From the NCBI GenBank assembly GCA_035390665.1, contig DAOOUC010000002.1:60001-92000 (forward strand): DNA of 32,000 nt. Direction: 5' to 3'. A program made the translations under genes and the position numbers. This document shows positions 1-8,746 of this stretch, one piece after another. Source of the DNA: an archaeon. GTDB taxonomy: Archaea; Iainarchaeota; Iainarchaeia; Iainarchaeales; CSSED10-239. The notes below the pieces were generated by a model that was not told where the DNA came from, searched no databases, and worked only from the letters and a program-made list of their open reading frames with translations. Each line of letters starts with the position of its first letter. Positions within the stretch are counted from its first letter, which is position 1.

Positions 1-2
1 TT

Positions 3-158
3 AAAACAACTGTTGCTAATTTTTTAGTTAAAGAATATATGGCTGGATATGATAAACAAGTAAAAGAATATAGGGACACAAAAAAAGTAGAAAGTGATAT
101 TGTTGCAAATGCTTATGCTAATCTTGCAATAAGAATATCATTTTTAGAAATGTTATAA
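3..158 (+). CDS. 3' end of an unidentified CDS that continues upstream of the window
   Basis: An open frame runs from the window edge to TAA at 156-158 (…KTTVANFLVKEYMAGYDKQVKEYRDTKKVESDIVANAYANLAIRISFLEML*). I recognise no family. Confidence 0.35.
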   Translation, partial: KTTVANFLVKEYMAGYDKQVKEYRDTKKVESDIVANAYANLAIRISFLEML

Positions 159-212
159 AACAATAACTATTTAAATAAAACTACTCCATAATTATATTAT
201 AATACTTGTTTT

Positions 213-232
213 TAGACAAAATCTTTTGTCTA
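213..232. terminator. Perfect 9-bp inverted repeat (TAGACAAAA-TC-TTTTGTCTA), either a terminator hairpin for the upstream CDS or an operator
   Basis: The palindrome was read directly at 213-232, in the gap between the upstream CDS stop (158) and the S19e start. No T-run follows it on the + strand, so its terminator role is uncertain. Confidence 0.3.
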
Positions 233-316
233 TAAACCAGCAGAAATGCGAAAAGATTTTTTTAAATGGCTTAAAATTTTTAAGTTGTTTAAAAGAGTAT
301 AAAAAACAAAACACTT

Positions 317-323
317 TGAGGTG
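317..323 (+). promoter_or_regulatory. Shine-Dalgarno-like GAGGTGA upstream of or overlapping the S19e start
   Basis: GAGGTGA is complementary to the canonical archaeal 16S 3' end (…AUCACCUCC). The same GAGGTG occurs at 2321-2326, 8 nt before the pfdA ATG. Confidence 0.5.
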
Positions 324-887
324 AATATTTTGGCAAATGTAAAAGACGTACCTGCACAAGTTATGATAGCAGAGATCGCAAAAGATTTAAAAAATAACAA
401 AAAAGTAAAAGTTCCAGATTTTGCAAAATTTGTAAAAACAGGATGTAGTAGAGAAAAAGCCCCACAAGATAGAGATTGGTGGTTTGTAAGAATGGCATCT
501 ATTCTAAGAAAAGTTGCAATTAATGATAAAACGACAGTTAATTCTTTAAGAACCTATTATGGTGGAAGAAAAAACCGAGGAGTAAAGCCAGAAGAATTTA
601 GAAAAGCTGGTGGAAAGATAATTAGAGTTTGTTTACAGGATTTAGAAAAATTAGGCCTTGTAAGTAAATCAGATGAAAAAAAAGGAAGAATAATTACTCC
701 CGTAGGTCAAAAATATCTAGATAAGATGGCAACAGAAATCTTAAAAGACTTTGATAAATATAAGATTGTTAAGAAAGAAAAAGAAATTGTTATGACAAAA
801 GAAACAAAATCTGAAAATACTTCTGAGAAATCAAAAGGAAAGAAGCCACAGAAGAAAAAAACAGAAGAAAGTGAGAGTGAAGAATAA
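321..887 (+). CDS. rps19e: 30S ribosomal protein S19e with a Lys/Glu-rich C-terminal tail
   Basis: S19e hallmarks are present: VKTGCSREKAPQDRDWWFVRMASILRKV, YGGRKNRGVKPEEF, LQDLEKLGLV. The GTG at 321 overlaps the SD-like site. The in-frame TTG at 330, 6 nt after the SD, is a plausible alternative start. Confidence 0.85.
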   Translation: MNILANVKDVPAQVMIAEIAKDLKNNKKVKVPDFAKFVKTGCSREKAPQDRDWWFVRMASILRKVAINDKTTVNSLRTYYGGRKNRGVKPEEFRKAGGKIIRVCLQDLEKLGLVSKSDEKKGRIITPVGQKYLDKMATEILKDFDKYKIVKKEKEIVMTKETKSENTSEKSKGKKPQKKKTEESESEE

Positions 888-1201
888 TGGCAAGAACAAA
901 AACCAGAGAAAAGAAAGAATTTTTAATTGCTCAAAGAGATAAGGTTGGTCCAGGTTACTTAAATACTCCTGTTTGGATTATTCAAAAAGCAGGTAAAAGA
1001 ATTTGGAATAGAAGACAAAAAAGAAACTGGAAACAAACAGAATTTGGAGCAGAGTTTGAAAAATTACAATTAAAGAAGAAAGATGCTGTTTTAAAAATTA
1101 AAAGAACAAGCGGAAAGAGAGTAAAGACAGCAAGAAGAGTTGTAAAGAAAACAAGAAATACAACAGTTGTAAGAAATCCAATAAAAAAGAAGAAAAAGTG
1201 A
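887..1201 (+). CDS. rpl39e: 50S ribosomal protein L39e with a roughly 50-aa basic C-terminal extension
   Basis: The N-terminal half fits the L39e pattern (MARTK..KK..LA…VPVWIIQKAGKRIWN…RNWKQT). It sits in the conserved archaeal L39e-L31e-aIF6 order and overlaps the S19e stop in a TAATG junction. Confidence 0.65.
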   Translation: MARTKTREKKEFLIAQRDKVGPGYLNTPVWIIQKAGKRIWNRRQKRNWKQTEFGAEFEKLQLKKKDAVLKIKRTSGKRVKTARRVVKKTRNTTVVRNPIKKKKK

Positions 1202-1213
1202 GTGTGATATTTT

Positions 1214-1648
1214 ATGCCATGTGAAAACTATATTATACCTTTACAAAAGGTATATGATAATAAACCAAGAACCAGAAGAGCAAATAATGCTATTACTGTG
1301 ATTTATGATTTCTTTAAGAAACATACAAGAAAAGACAAGAAAGACATTATTATTTCTTCAGAGGTTAATGAATATATTTGGCAAAATAGTATTCAAAACC
1401 CTCCAAGAAAAGTTGCAGTTAGTATTAAGATAGATAACGGAAAGGTCTATGTCTTTTTAAAAGACTCTAAAGCTTTTAAGGAATTTGGCAAAGCTCCTGA
1501 GAAAAAAGAAAAGATTTCAAAAGCAAAAACAACAGAAGAAACAAAACCAGTAGCTGAAAAAAAAGAAGAAAAAGCAGTAACTGAAAAGAAAGAATCAAAA
1601 CCTGTTGTAGAAAAGAAAGAAACAAAACCTAAAGTAAAAAAGGAATAG
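1214..1648 (+). CDS. rpl31e: 50S ribosomal protein L31e with a repetitive K/E-rich C-terminal tail
   Basis: The L31e core is IPLQKVYDNKPRTRRANNAITVIYDFFKKHT…EVNEYIWQNSIQNPPRKVAVSI. The tail carries EKKE(E/S/T)KP-type repeats. Confidence 0.8.
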   Translation: MPCENYIIPLQKVYDNKPRTRRANNAITVIYDFFKKHTRKDKKDIIISSEVNEYIWQNSIQNPPRKVAVSIKIDNGKVYVFLKDSKAFKEFGKAPEKKEKISKAKTTEETKPVAEKKEEKAVTEKKESKPVVEKKETKPKVKKE

Positions 1649-1650
1649 AA

Positions 1651-2322
1651 ATGAAATTTGATAGATCTACAATTTACAATTCTTCTTTTTTAAATATTTA
1701 TGCATATTGTACAGAGAAGATTTGTGTTGTACCAAATAGTATTCTTCCAAAAGAAGAAAGAAAGATTGAAGAAATTCTAGATGTAAAAGTTGTTAAAACA
1801 CATATCAATCGTTCTTCTCTTATTGGAGTTTATCTTTCTGGTGTTGGAAATAAAGTTATTGTAGAAAAAAATAGCATCTATCCTGAAGAAATAGAAATTC
1901 TGGAAAAAGAAGGAATAAAAGTTAAAACATTAAGTAATCCAGATAATGCTTTTGGTAATCTTCTAGCTATTAATTCAAATTATGGTTTTGCAAGTCCTTT
2001 GCTCTTGCCTGAGACAGTTAAAGAGATTCAGAAGTTTTTTAATATCACAATTGAAAAAAAAGCATGTGCTGGGTTAGATCTTCCTGGAAGTTCTATCTAT
2101 GTTAATGATTCTTTATTTTTGATTAACCCAAGAGTTGAGTTAAAAGAATTTAATTATATTAAGAAGATGTTTAATGTTCCAGGACTTGCAATAACCACAA
2201 ATTACGGAGATGTTTTTGTTGGTAATGATACTATTGGAAATAAACAAGGGTTATTAGTTGGGGAAATTACAAGTAATATTGAGATGACTAAGATTGATGA
2301 TCTTGTGTTAGACATTAAATGA
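1651..2322 (+). CDS. eif6: Translation initiation factor 6 (aIF6)
   Basis: The 223-aa product has the pentein-like repeated pattern typical of eIF6 (IGVYLSGVGNKVIV, GNLLAINSNYGFASP, GSSIYVNDSLFLINP, VGNDTIGNKQGLLVG). Synteny after L31e supports the call. Confidence 0.82.
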   Translation: MKFDRSTIYNSSFLNIYAYCTEKICVVPNSILPKEERKIEEILDVKVVKTHINRSSLIGVYLSGVGNKVIVEKNSIYPEEIEILEKEGIKVKTLSNPDNAFGNLLAINSNYGFASPLLLPETVKEIQKFFNITIEKKACAGLDLPGSSIYVNDSLFLINPRVELKEFNYIKKMFNVPGLAITTNYGDVFVGNDTIGNKQGLLVGEITSNIEMTKIDDLVLDIK

Positions 2323-2334
2323 GGTGTTAGGAAT

Positions 2335-2817
2335 ATGAGTAAAATTGTTAAATCTGATGAAAAAGCAAAAGTTACAAAAACAGTAAAATTAGATAAAAAT
2401 CAAACAGTTAAGTTATATCAAAATAAAGAAAAAGAATTACAAGGAATAACACAAAGAGTTGAACAAATTGAAGGAATATTAACTGAAATGTTAAAAGCAG
2501 AAACATCTCTTAAAGCAATAGAAAAAATAAAAACTAAAGAGAAGATACTTGTTAATATTGGCGCAGGTATTATGCTTGAATGCGAAGTAACAAATAAATC
2601 TCCAGTAAAAGTTATGCTTCCTGGACAAATTATGAATGAAAAATCAGCTAAAGATGTACTTGCTGATATTGACAAAAGAAGAAAAGAATTAGAAGAAGCA
2701 AGAAACAAATTAATACAATCATATAACCAAACAGCACAAATGCTTGATCAAATATCAAAAGCATTTAGAGAGATGCAATTAAAAGAATCACAAAAGCAAG
2801 CTTCTCCAACCATCTAA
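2335..2817 (+). CDS. pfdA: Prefoldin alpha subunit
   Basis: The 160-aa product has coiled-coil flanks around a central beta-hairpin region (LVNIGAGIMLECEV…VKVMLPGQIMNEKSAKDV). It holds the conserved archaeal position between aIF6 and FtsY, and GAGGTG lies 8 nt upstream. Confidence 0.7.
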   Translation: MSKIVKSDEKAKVTKTVKLDKNQTVKLYQNKEKELQGITQRVEQIEGILTEMLKAETSLKAIEKIKTKEKILVNIGAGIMLECEVTNKSPVKVMLPGQIMNEKSAKDVLADIDKRRKELEEARNKLIQSYNQTAQMLDQISKAFREMQLKESQKQASPTI

Positions 2818-2854
2818 ATCTTTTTTCTAATTTTTTAAAAAAAGGTAATTAGAA

Positions 2855-4345
2855 ATGTTTGATTTATTAAAAAATAAATTTAAGAATTTTACAGATAAAA
2901 TCTTTGGAAAAGCCAAAGAAAAAGCCGAAGAAGAACCAGAACAATCACAAACAATAGAAGAACCTTTAGCACAAGAGCCAATTTCAGAAACAAAGAACCT
3001 TCCAGAAGTTGAAACTATTTCTGTTCCAGAAGTTGAAGAACCAAAAGAAGTTTTTGTTGAAGTTAAAGAAGAACAAAAAGAAAGCACACTAAATCTTGGA
3101 CAACCAGAAATTCCAATTGAAGAATCAATTATTGAAGAACCAAAATTAGTAGTTACAGAATCAGAACCAAAGAAAGAGCATCATTCTATTTTTGAAATCT
3201 TTAAACCAAAAACTAAGCCTCAGCCGACAGTTGTTGAGCGTCCAATAATTAAAAAAGAAATTGAAAGAGCTGTTCCAACACCAAGAGCAGAAATCAGGCC
3301 AACACCTGTTGAATCAGCTAAACCAATTGAAGAAATAAAAGTCCCAAAAATAGAGGAAAGACCAGTTCCAAAAGAACAACCAACACCACCATTGCGCGCG
3401 AGCCCGAGCGAAACCGGCTCTTCTGAAGACCTCACAGTTAAAAAATCAACAGAGATAAAAAAGTCTTTTATTACTTCTGTTAAAAGTATTTTTACAAGCA
3501 AAGTAAAACTTTCAGATAAAGAAATTTCTGAATTTCTAGAAGAGTTTGAATTATCTTTACTTGAAGCAGATGTTTCAATAGTTTCTGCAGAGAATATTTG
3601 TAAAGATTTAAAAGAAAAACTAGTTTCTGCAAGTTTTTCTAAAGATAATCCACTTGAAGATATTAAAGTCCATATAAGAGAGTCACTAAAGACACAACTA
3701 GACATTGATTGTGATATTAATAATTATATAACAAAGACTAAAAAAGAAAATCAACCATTTATTATAATGTTTATTGGCCCAAATGGGGCAGGTAAGACAA
3801 CTACAATTTCTAAGTTTGCTTATCACTATAAAACACAAAACAAATCTGTAGTTCTAGCATCAGGAGACACCTTTAGAGCAGGAAGCATTGACCAGCTTGA
3901 AAAGCACGCTAATACTATTGGTGTTAAAATTGTTAAACAAAACTATGGTTCAGACCCTGCTGCAGTTGCCTATGATGCAGTGACTTCTGCAAAATCAAAT
4001 AAAATTGATTATGTGTTTATTGATACTGCAGGAAGACAAGAAAATAATATCAATCTAATGCAAGAGCTTAAAAAAATTAAAAAAGTAGTTAATCCAAATC
4101 TAACAATCTATATTGGAGAAGCACAAGCAGGTCAAGCAATTGTTGATCAAGTGTCTGGTTTTGAAAAAGAGATAGGTGTTGATGGTGTTATATTAACAAA
4201 GATAGACACAGATCCGAAAGGTGGAGTTGCAATCTCAATTTTAAACGAACTTAAAAAACCAATATTTTATGTTGGAACAGGCCAGACTTATGAAGATTTA
4301 GAAGTCTTTTCTCCAGAGTTTATAATTGATAGAATAGTAATTTAA
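2855..4345 (+). CDS. ftsY: Signal recognition particle receptor FtsY with a long acidic/Pro-rich N-terminal A-domain
   Basis: SRP-GTPase motifs are present: GPNGAGKTTT, DTFRAGSIDQL, DTAGRQ, TKIDTDPKGG, GTGQTYEDL. The N-terminal ~200 aa are E/P/K-rich and low complexity. Confidence 0.92.
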   Translation: MFDLLKNKFKNFTDKIFGKAKEKAEEEPEQSQTIEEPLAQEPISETKNLPEVETISVPEVEEPKEVFVEVKEEQKESTLNLGQPEIPIEESIIEEPKLVVTESEPKKEHHSIFEIFKPKTKPQPTVVERPIIKKEIERAVPTPRAEIRPTPVESAKPIEEIKVPKIEERPVPKEQPTPPLRASPSETGSSEDLTVKKSTEIKKSFITSVKSIFTSKVKLSDKEISEFLEEFELSLLEADVSIVSAENICKDLKEKLVSASFSKDNPLEDIKVHIRESLKTQLDIDCDINNYITKTKKENQPFIIMFIGPNGAGKTTTISKFAYHYKTQNKSVVLASGDTFRAGSIDQLEKHANTIGVKIVKQNYGSDPAAVAYDAVTSAKSNKIDYVFIDTAGRQENNINLMQELKKIKKVVNPNLTIYIGEAQAGQAIVDQVSGFEKEIGVDGVILTKIDTDPKGGVAISILNELKKPIFYVGTGQTYEDLEVFSPEFIIDRIVI

Positions 4346-4359
4346 TAACGGTGAAAATT

Positions 4360-4557
4360 ATGAAAAAAATAATAATATTAGGATTGATTTTAGGACTTAT
4401 TGTTTCTGGAATCTTTCTTGAAAATATAATAGACAATAAAGAGCAAAAAACAATAGAAACAACAGAACCAATATTTTTATCAGGAAAAGGCTGCAGAGCT
4501 TCTACAGTTTTTTTAAGAAATTCAAGTGGTACTACAAAGGTTCTTATTCTAAAATAG
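4360..4557 (+). CDS. Small hypothetical membrane-anchored protein
   Basis: The N-terminus is hydrophobic (MKKIIILGLILGLIVSGIFL). GGTGA at 4350-4354 lies 5 nt before the ATG at 4360. The ORF track starts at GTG 4351. I recognise no family. Confidence 0.4.
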   Translation: MKKIIILGLILGLIVSGIFLENIIDNKEQKTIETTEPIFLSGKGCRASTVFLRNSSGTTKVLILK

Positions 4558-4626
4558 TTTTTCCAGAAATGTTTATATTCTATTTGTTTCTTTAATATAT
4601 ACTAAAATATATTTTATTGATTAATT

Positions 4627-6054
4627 ATGGGTTTTGGAGATAAACTAAGAGATGCACTTGATAAAGTCAAACATTCAATGCATGTCGATAAGGACTTGAT
4701 TAAGGAAGTCATTAAAGAAATTCAAAGAGCATTAATATCTTCAGATGTAAATATACAACTAGTTCTAAATATATCAAAAGAGATTGAAGAAAAAGCTTTT
4801 GTTGAAATCCCAAGTGGAATAACAAGAAAAGAGCACATTGTTAGATTATGTTATGAGACTCTTCTCAAATACATGGGTGGAGAAGTTAAAACTACTTTAC
4901 CAGAAAACCCAGAAACAATTCTTCTTTGTGGGTTGTTTGGTTCAGGAAAAACAACAACAGCAGCAAAACTTGCAAAGTTCTATAAGAAAAGAGGACTAAA
5001 AGTTGGTCTTATCTGTGCAGATACTTTTAGACCAGCAGCTTATGAACAATTAAAACAATTAAGTGATATGGTTGGTGTTGCTTTCTATGGTAACCCAAAA
5101 GAAACTTCTGCTCAAAAGGTAACAAAACAAGGAATTGATTTACATAAGAAGAACGGATGTAATTTAATAATTGTGGATTCAGCAGGAAGAAGTGCTTTAG
5201 ATGATGAACTTGTTACTGAGATTAAAGAGATTGATGAGGTGTTTAATCCAAAGTTTTCTTTCTTAGTAATTTCAGCAGACATTGGCCAAGCAGTTAAAGA
5301 CCAAGCAACTGCTTTTAATAATGCTATAGGAGTTAACGGAGTCATTATTACAAAGCTTGATGGTTCAGCAAAAGGCGGTGGAGCATTAACTGCTTGTTAT
5401 ATCACAAAATCTCCAGTGTATTTCATAGGAACAGGAGAAAAAGCAGATGATTTTGAAATCTTTGATTCTAATAGATATCTTTCAAGAGTTTTAGGATTTG
5501 GAGATCTTGAAAGCTTAATGGAAAAAATTTCTGAAGCAACAACAGAAGAAGAGATGGAAAAAATTAAGGATTTAAATCCTGAAGATATCTTAAAAGGAAA
5601 TGTAACTTTTGGTTTGTTTAAGCAGCAATTAGAGTTTTCTAAAAAACTTGGACCACTAACAAAGGTTATGGGATTTTTAGGTGTAGGAAATAAACTTTCT
5701 GCTGAGCAACAGAACTTAGGCGAGAAGAAGATGGCAAAATACAGAGCGATTCTTTCTTCTATGACAAAATTAGAATTACAGAACGGTCCTGATTTTTTAA
5801 CACGTTCAAGAATGGACAGAATCTCAAAAGGTTCTGGAACAAAACTAGAAGATGTTAAAGAACTTTGTTCTCATGTTAAAAAAATGAAAAAAATGTTTAA
5901 AGGAATGGATGCAAAAAAGATGGAAGGAATGGCAAAGCAATTCCAGGGAAAAGACGGAGATATTGATCCAAATAATCTCGACATGTCAAAGATAAATATG
6001 AATCAATTTGCAAATATGAAAGGAATGAAAAAACAAAAATTAAAGTTTAGATAG
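4627..6054 (+). CDS. srp54: Signal recognition particle protein SRP54
   Basis: Motifs GLFGSGKTTT, DTFRPAAYEQL, DSAGRS, TKLDGSAKGG and GTGEKADDFE are present, followed by a Met-rich M-domain (MKKMKKMFKGMDAKKMEGMAKQF). Confidence 0.93.
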   Translation: MGFGDKLRDALDKVKHSMHVDKDLIKEVIKEIQRALISSDVNIQLVLNISKEIEEKAFVEIPSGITRKEHIVRLCYETLLKYMGGEVKTTLPENPETILLCGLFGSGKTTTAAKLAKFYKKRGLKVGLICADTFRPAAYEQLKQLSDMVGVAFYGNPKETSAQKVTKQGIDLHKKNGCNLIIVDSAGRSALDDELVTEIKEIDEVFNPKFSFLVISADIGQAVKDQATAFNNAIGVNGVIITKLDGSAKGGGALTACYITKSPVYFIGTGEKADDFEIFDSNRYLSRVLGFGDLESLMEKISEATTEEEMEKIKDLNPEDILKGNVTFGLFKQQLEFSKKLGPLTKVMGFLGVGNKLSAEQQNLGEKKMAKYRAILSSMTKLELQNGPDFLTRSRMDRISKGSGTKLEDVKELCSHVKKMKKMFKGMDAKKMEGMAKQFQGKDGDIDPNNLDMSKINMNQFANMKGMKKQKLKFR

Positions 6055-6059
6055 ATGGG

Positions 6060-6893
6060 ATGAAAATGTTTGATACAATATTTATTATAAGGATTATTTT
6101 ATTATTACTTGCTTGTGGCCTTGCTGCTTATTATGATAATAAGACAGGTTACATCTATGACTGGATAAGTCTTCCATTAATTGCAATTGGTCTAATTATT
6201 AATATTTTTACTTTCTATTGGCTTGATGTCTTGTCAATTCTTTTGATTGCTTTAGTAATCTATATTTTTGGTTATATTGCTTATTATTATGGAAAGATTG
6301 GTGGCGGAGATATTAAATTGTTTATAGGAATACATATGATTCTTCCATATCTTATTGGACAACTATTTATTTTGTGGGTAATTATTGCTTCTTCTCTTTT
6401 ATCTGTGTTGTTTGTTTCAGTAACTTATATAATTAAACTATATGGCAAAATTAAAATTACAAAAGATTTGATAAAAAAAAAGAAATGGAAAATAGTTCAA
6501 TCTATTTTTTTCTTTGTATTCTTTTTAGCATTGTGTTTATATGCTGTTTCAATAGAAGGCCTTCCATCTTTAGTTTATTTAACAATTCCTCCAATGTTTT
6601 TTGGTTGTATTGTTATGATTTTAGAAGATGAGATTAAAGAATATATTTACTTAAGAAGAAAACCAATCTCAAAGCTTGAAGAAGGCGATGTTTTAGCAAT
6701 AGAGTTTTGTAATAAAGAACTATTAAAAGAAACAGGTCTAGAAAAAAGAGCAGTTCTAGAAAAAGAAGACATTGATTTACTTAAGAAATTAAAATATAAA
6801 TCCATTCCTATATATGATTATCTTCCAAGATTTGGAATCTATATTCTTCTTGGAGTAATTTCTATTTTGATTTTTAATATATTCATTATATGA
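6060..6893 (+). CDS. A24-family aspartic prepilin/preflagellin (class III signal) peptidase, FlaK/PibD-like
   Basis: The protein is polytopic. One Asp lies in the first helix region (LAAYYDNKTGYIYD), and the diagnostic GxGD motif is present (KIGGGDIKLF). A ~70-aa soluble segment (RRKPISKLEEGDVLAIEF…) precedes the last TM helix. Confidence 0.75.
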   Translation: MKMFDTIFIIRIILLLLACGLAAYYDNKTGYIYDWISLPLIAIGLIINIFTFYWLDVLSILLIALVIYIFGYIAYYYGKIGGGDIKLFIGIHMILPYLIGQLFILWVIIASSLLSVLFVSVTYIIKLYGKIKITKDLIKKKKWKIVQSIFFFVFFLALCLYAVSIEGLPSLVYLTIPPMFFGCIVMILEDEIKEYIYLRRKPISKLEEGDVLAIEFCNKELLKETGLEKRAVLEKEDIDLLKKLKYKSIPIYDYLPRFGIYILLGVISILIFNIFII

Positions 6894-6931
6894 TACATTA
6901 TTTCTTGGACAAAATTGGAGAAAATTAACTC

Positions 6932-8032
6932 ATGTTTAAAATAACAAATGAATCCAAAATCGCAAGATGTGGAGAGTTCAAGACAAGTCACGGCAAGATT
7001 AAGACTCCTTTCTATATGCCTGTTGTCACTAAAGGCGCAGGAAAGTTTTTAACTTTTAATTCTTTAGAGAATGTTAAGACACAGTGTTTTATCTCAAATG
7101 CTTATCTTCTTTATTTAAAGCCAGGGCTTGAGACAATCAAGAAAGCAAATGGTTATCACAACTTTATAAATTGGCAAAAGCCAATTTTTACAGATTCTGG
7201 TGGTTTTCAATTACTTGATCCTGAGTTTTTAATATCCTTAAACGATAAAGGTGTAAAGTTTAGATCTCCATTCTCTGGAGAAACTCATTTTATTTCTCCT
7301 GAAAAATTAATGGAAAATCAAAACATTATTGGTTCTGATATTGCTATGGTTCTTGATCATGTACTTGGTCCAGATCATAACAAAAAAGAATTTGCGGATG
7401 CAACAACAAGAACAATTGCTTGGGCCAAGCGTTGCCTTGACAATCATAAGAATAAAAATCAGAAAGTTTTTGGTATTGTTCAAGGTGGAACATATAAAGA
7501 TTTAAGAAAAGAGTGTGCATTAAAGATTAACGACATGGACTTTGATGGTCTTGCTATTGGTGGATTAGCCATTGGTGAAGAAAAAGAAAAGATGTACAAA
7601 GCTATTGATTATTCTTTAGAGTATCTTGACAAAGATAAGATAAAATATTTAATGGGTGTTGGTTCTCCAGAAGACATGATTATTTCAATTGGTAAAGGAG
7701 TTGATTGTTTTGATTCAATTTATCCAACAAAGATGGCAAGACACGGAGTAATCTTTACAAGAAACGGAGTTTTAAAGATTGGTAAAAGTTATAATGCTCA
7801 CATCTTCAAACCAATAGAAAAAGAATGCGATTGTTATGCTTGTAAGCACCACACCATTGCTTATCTTCATCATCTTTATAGATTAAACGAAGCAGCTGCA
7901 AAGATTCTTCTTTCAGAGCACAATGTTAGATTTCTTCATCGTTTGATGGAAGATGCAAGGAGTGCAATAGAAGAAGGAACCTTTGAGAAGTTTCAAAAGG
8001 ATTTTTTAAAAAACTATTTGAAGAATAAATAA
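6932..8032 (+). CDS. tgt: tRNA-guanine transglycosylase, catalytic domain only with no PUA extension
   Basis: Motifs FTDSGGFQ, VQGG, MGVGSPEDM and CFDSIYPTKMARHG are present, along with the Zn site CDCYACKHHTIAYLHHL and the EHNVRFL motif. Confidence 0.88.
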   Translation: MFKITNESKIARCGEFKTSHGKIKTPFYMPVVTKGAGKFLTFNSLENVKTQCFISNAYLLYLKPGLETIKKANGYHNFINWQKPIFTDSGGFQLLDPEFLISLNDKGVKFRSPFSGETHFISPEKLMENQNIIGSDIAMVLDHVLGPDHNKKEFADATTRTIAWAKRCLDNHKNKNQKVFGIVQGGTYKDLRKECALKINDMDFDGLAIGGLAIGEEKEKMYKAIDYSLEYLDKDKIKYLMGVGSPEDMIISIGKGVDCFDSIYPTKMARHGVIFTRNGVLKIGKSYNAHIFKPIEKECDCYACKHHTIAYLHHLYRLNEAAAKILLSEHNVRFLHRLMEDARSAIEEGTFEKFQKDFLKNYLKNK

Positions 8033-8722
8033 TTAAATCAATCCTTTTTCTCTAAAGCTAAAGGTTTCTTTTTCTGATATTATTATATGATCAAGAAGTT
8101 GTATATCCATTAATTTAGCTGCCTTTTTTAAGATGTCTGTTGCTTGTTTGTCATCCATGGATGGTTCACAGATGCCGCTAGGATGATTATGAGCAATAAT
8201 TATTCCATCTGCTCCTCTTCTCATAGCTTCAAGAACAATGTCTTTGGAAGAGATTAGTGTCTGGTTACTTGTTCCTGTTGTAATTACCTTATAATCAATA
8301 ACATCATTTCTGTGTGTTAAAAAAACAGCAACTAATTTTTCATGTGTTACTCCAAAAAAAACAGGGAATAACAGATTATAAACATCAGTTGGGCAAACAA
8401 TCTTTGTTTTCTCTTCCGGACTTTTAAGTGTTCTAATTTCTTGACTTAAAATTCTTTTAGATATTTCAAAAACAGCTTTAATTTGACAAGCTTTGATTTT
8501 TCCTATTCCTTTTATTTTTTGTAATTCCGTAATAGATACATCGCCAATATCTCTAAGCTGAAATCTTGAAAAAATTTCTTGACAAATATTTAAAACATTA
8601 TTTTCCTTAGTTCCAGTTTTAATAACAAGAGCCAAAAGTTCAGCTTGAGATAAACTTTCTGCTCCAAAAGTCTGTAGTCTTTCAAGTGGTCTATTTTCAA
8701 TTGACATTTCTTTTATTTTCAT
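8033..8722 (-). CDS. radC: RadC-like JAB/MPN domain protein
   Basis: The N-terminal pattern is RPLERL…ELLALVIKTG with the HhH IKGIGKIKA. The C-terminal JAMM motif is IIAHNHPSG…PSMDD. The gene abuts the tgt stop with no spacer in a convergent arrangement. Confidence 0.85.
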   Translation of the reverse strand: MKIKEMSIENRPLERLQTFGAESLSQAELLALVIKTGTKENNVLNICQEIFSRFQLRDIGDVSITELQKIKGIGKIKACQIKAVFEISKRILSQEIRTLKSPEEKTKIVCPTDVYNLLFPVFFGVTHEKLVAVFLTHRNDVIDYKVITTGTSNQTLISSKDIVLEAMRRGADGIIIAHNHPSGICEPSMDDKQATDILKKAAKLMDIQLLDHIIISEKETFSFREKGLI

Positions 8723-8746
8723 AATCGTTTCCTTATATTAGTTGAT

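Noticed and set aside
270-284. The AT-only palindrome CTTAAAA-T-TTTTAAG upstream of S19e could be a regulatory site.
   Set aside because: Short A/T palindromes of this kind are expected by chance at this base composition. Nothing distinguishes it from background.
2418-3705. Minus-strand ORFs 2418-2708, 2827-3087 and 3220-3705 lie antisense to pfdA and ftsY.
   Set aside because: They are Ser/Phe/Ile-rich low-complexity translations fully nested opposite well-supported genes with clear family motifs. They are shadow ORFs typical of AT-rich, Lys/Glu-rich coding sequence.
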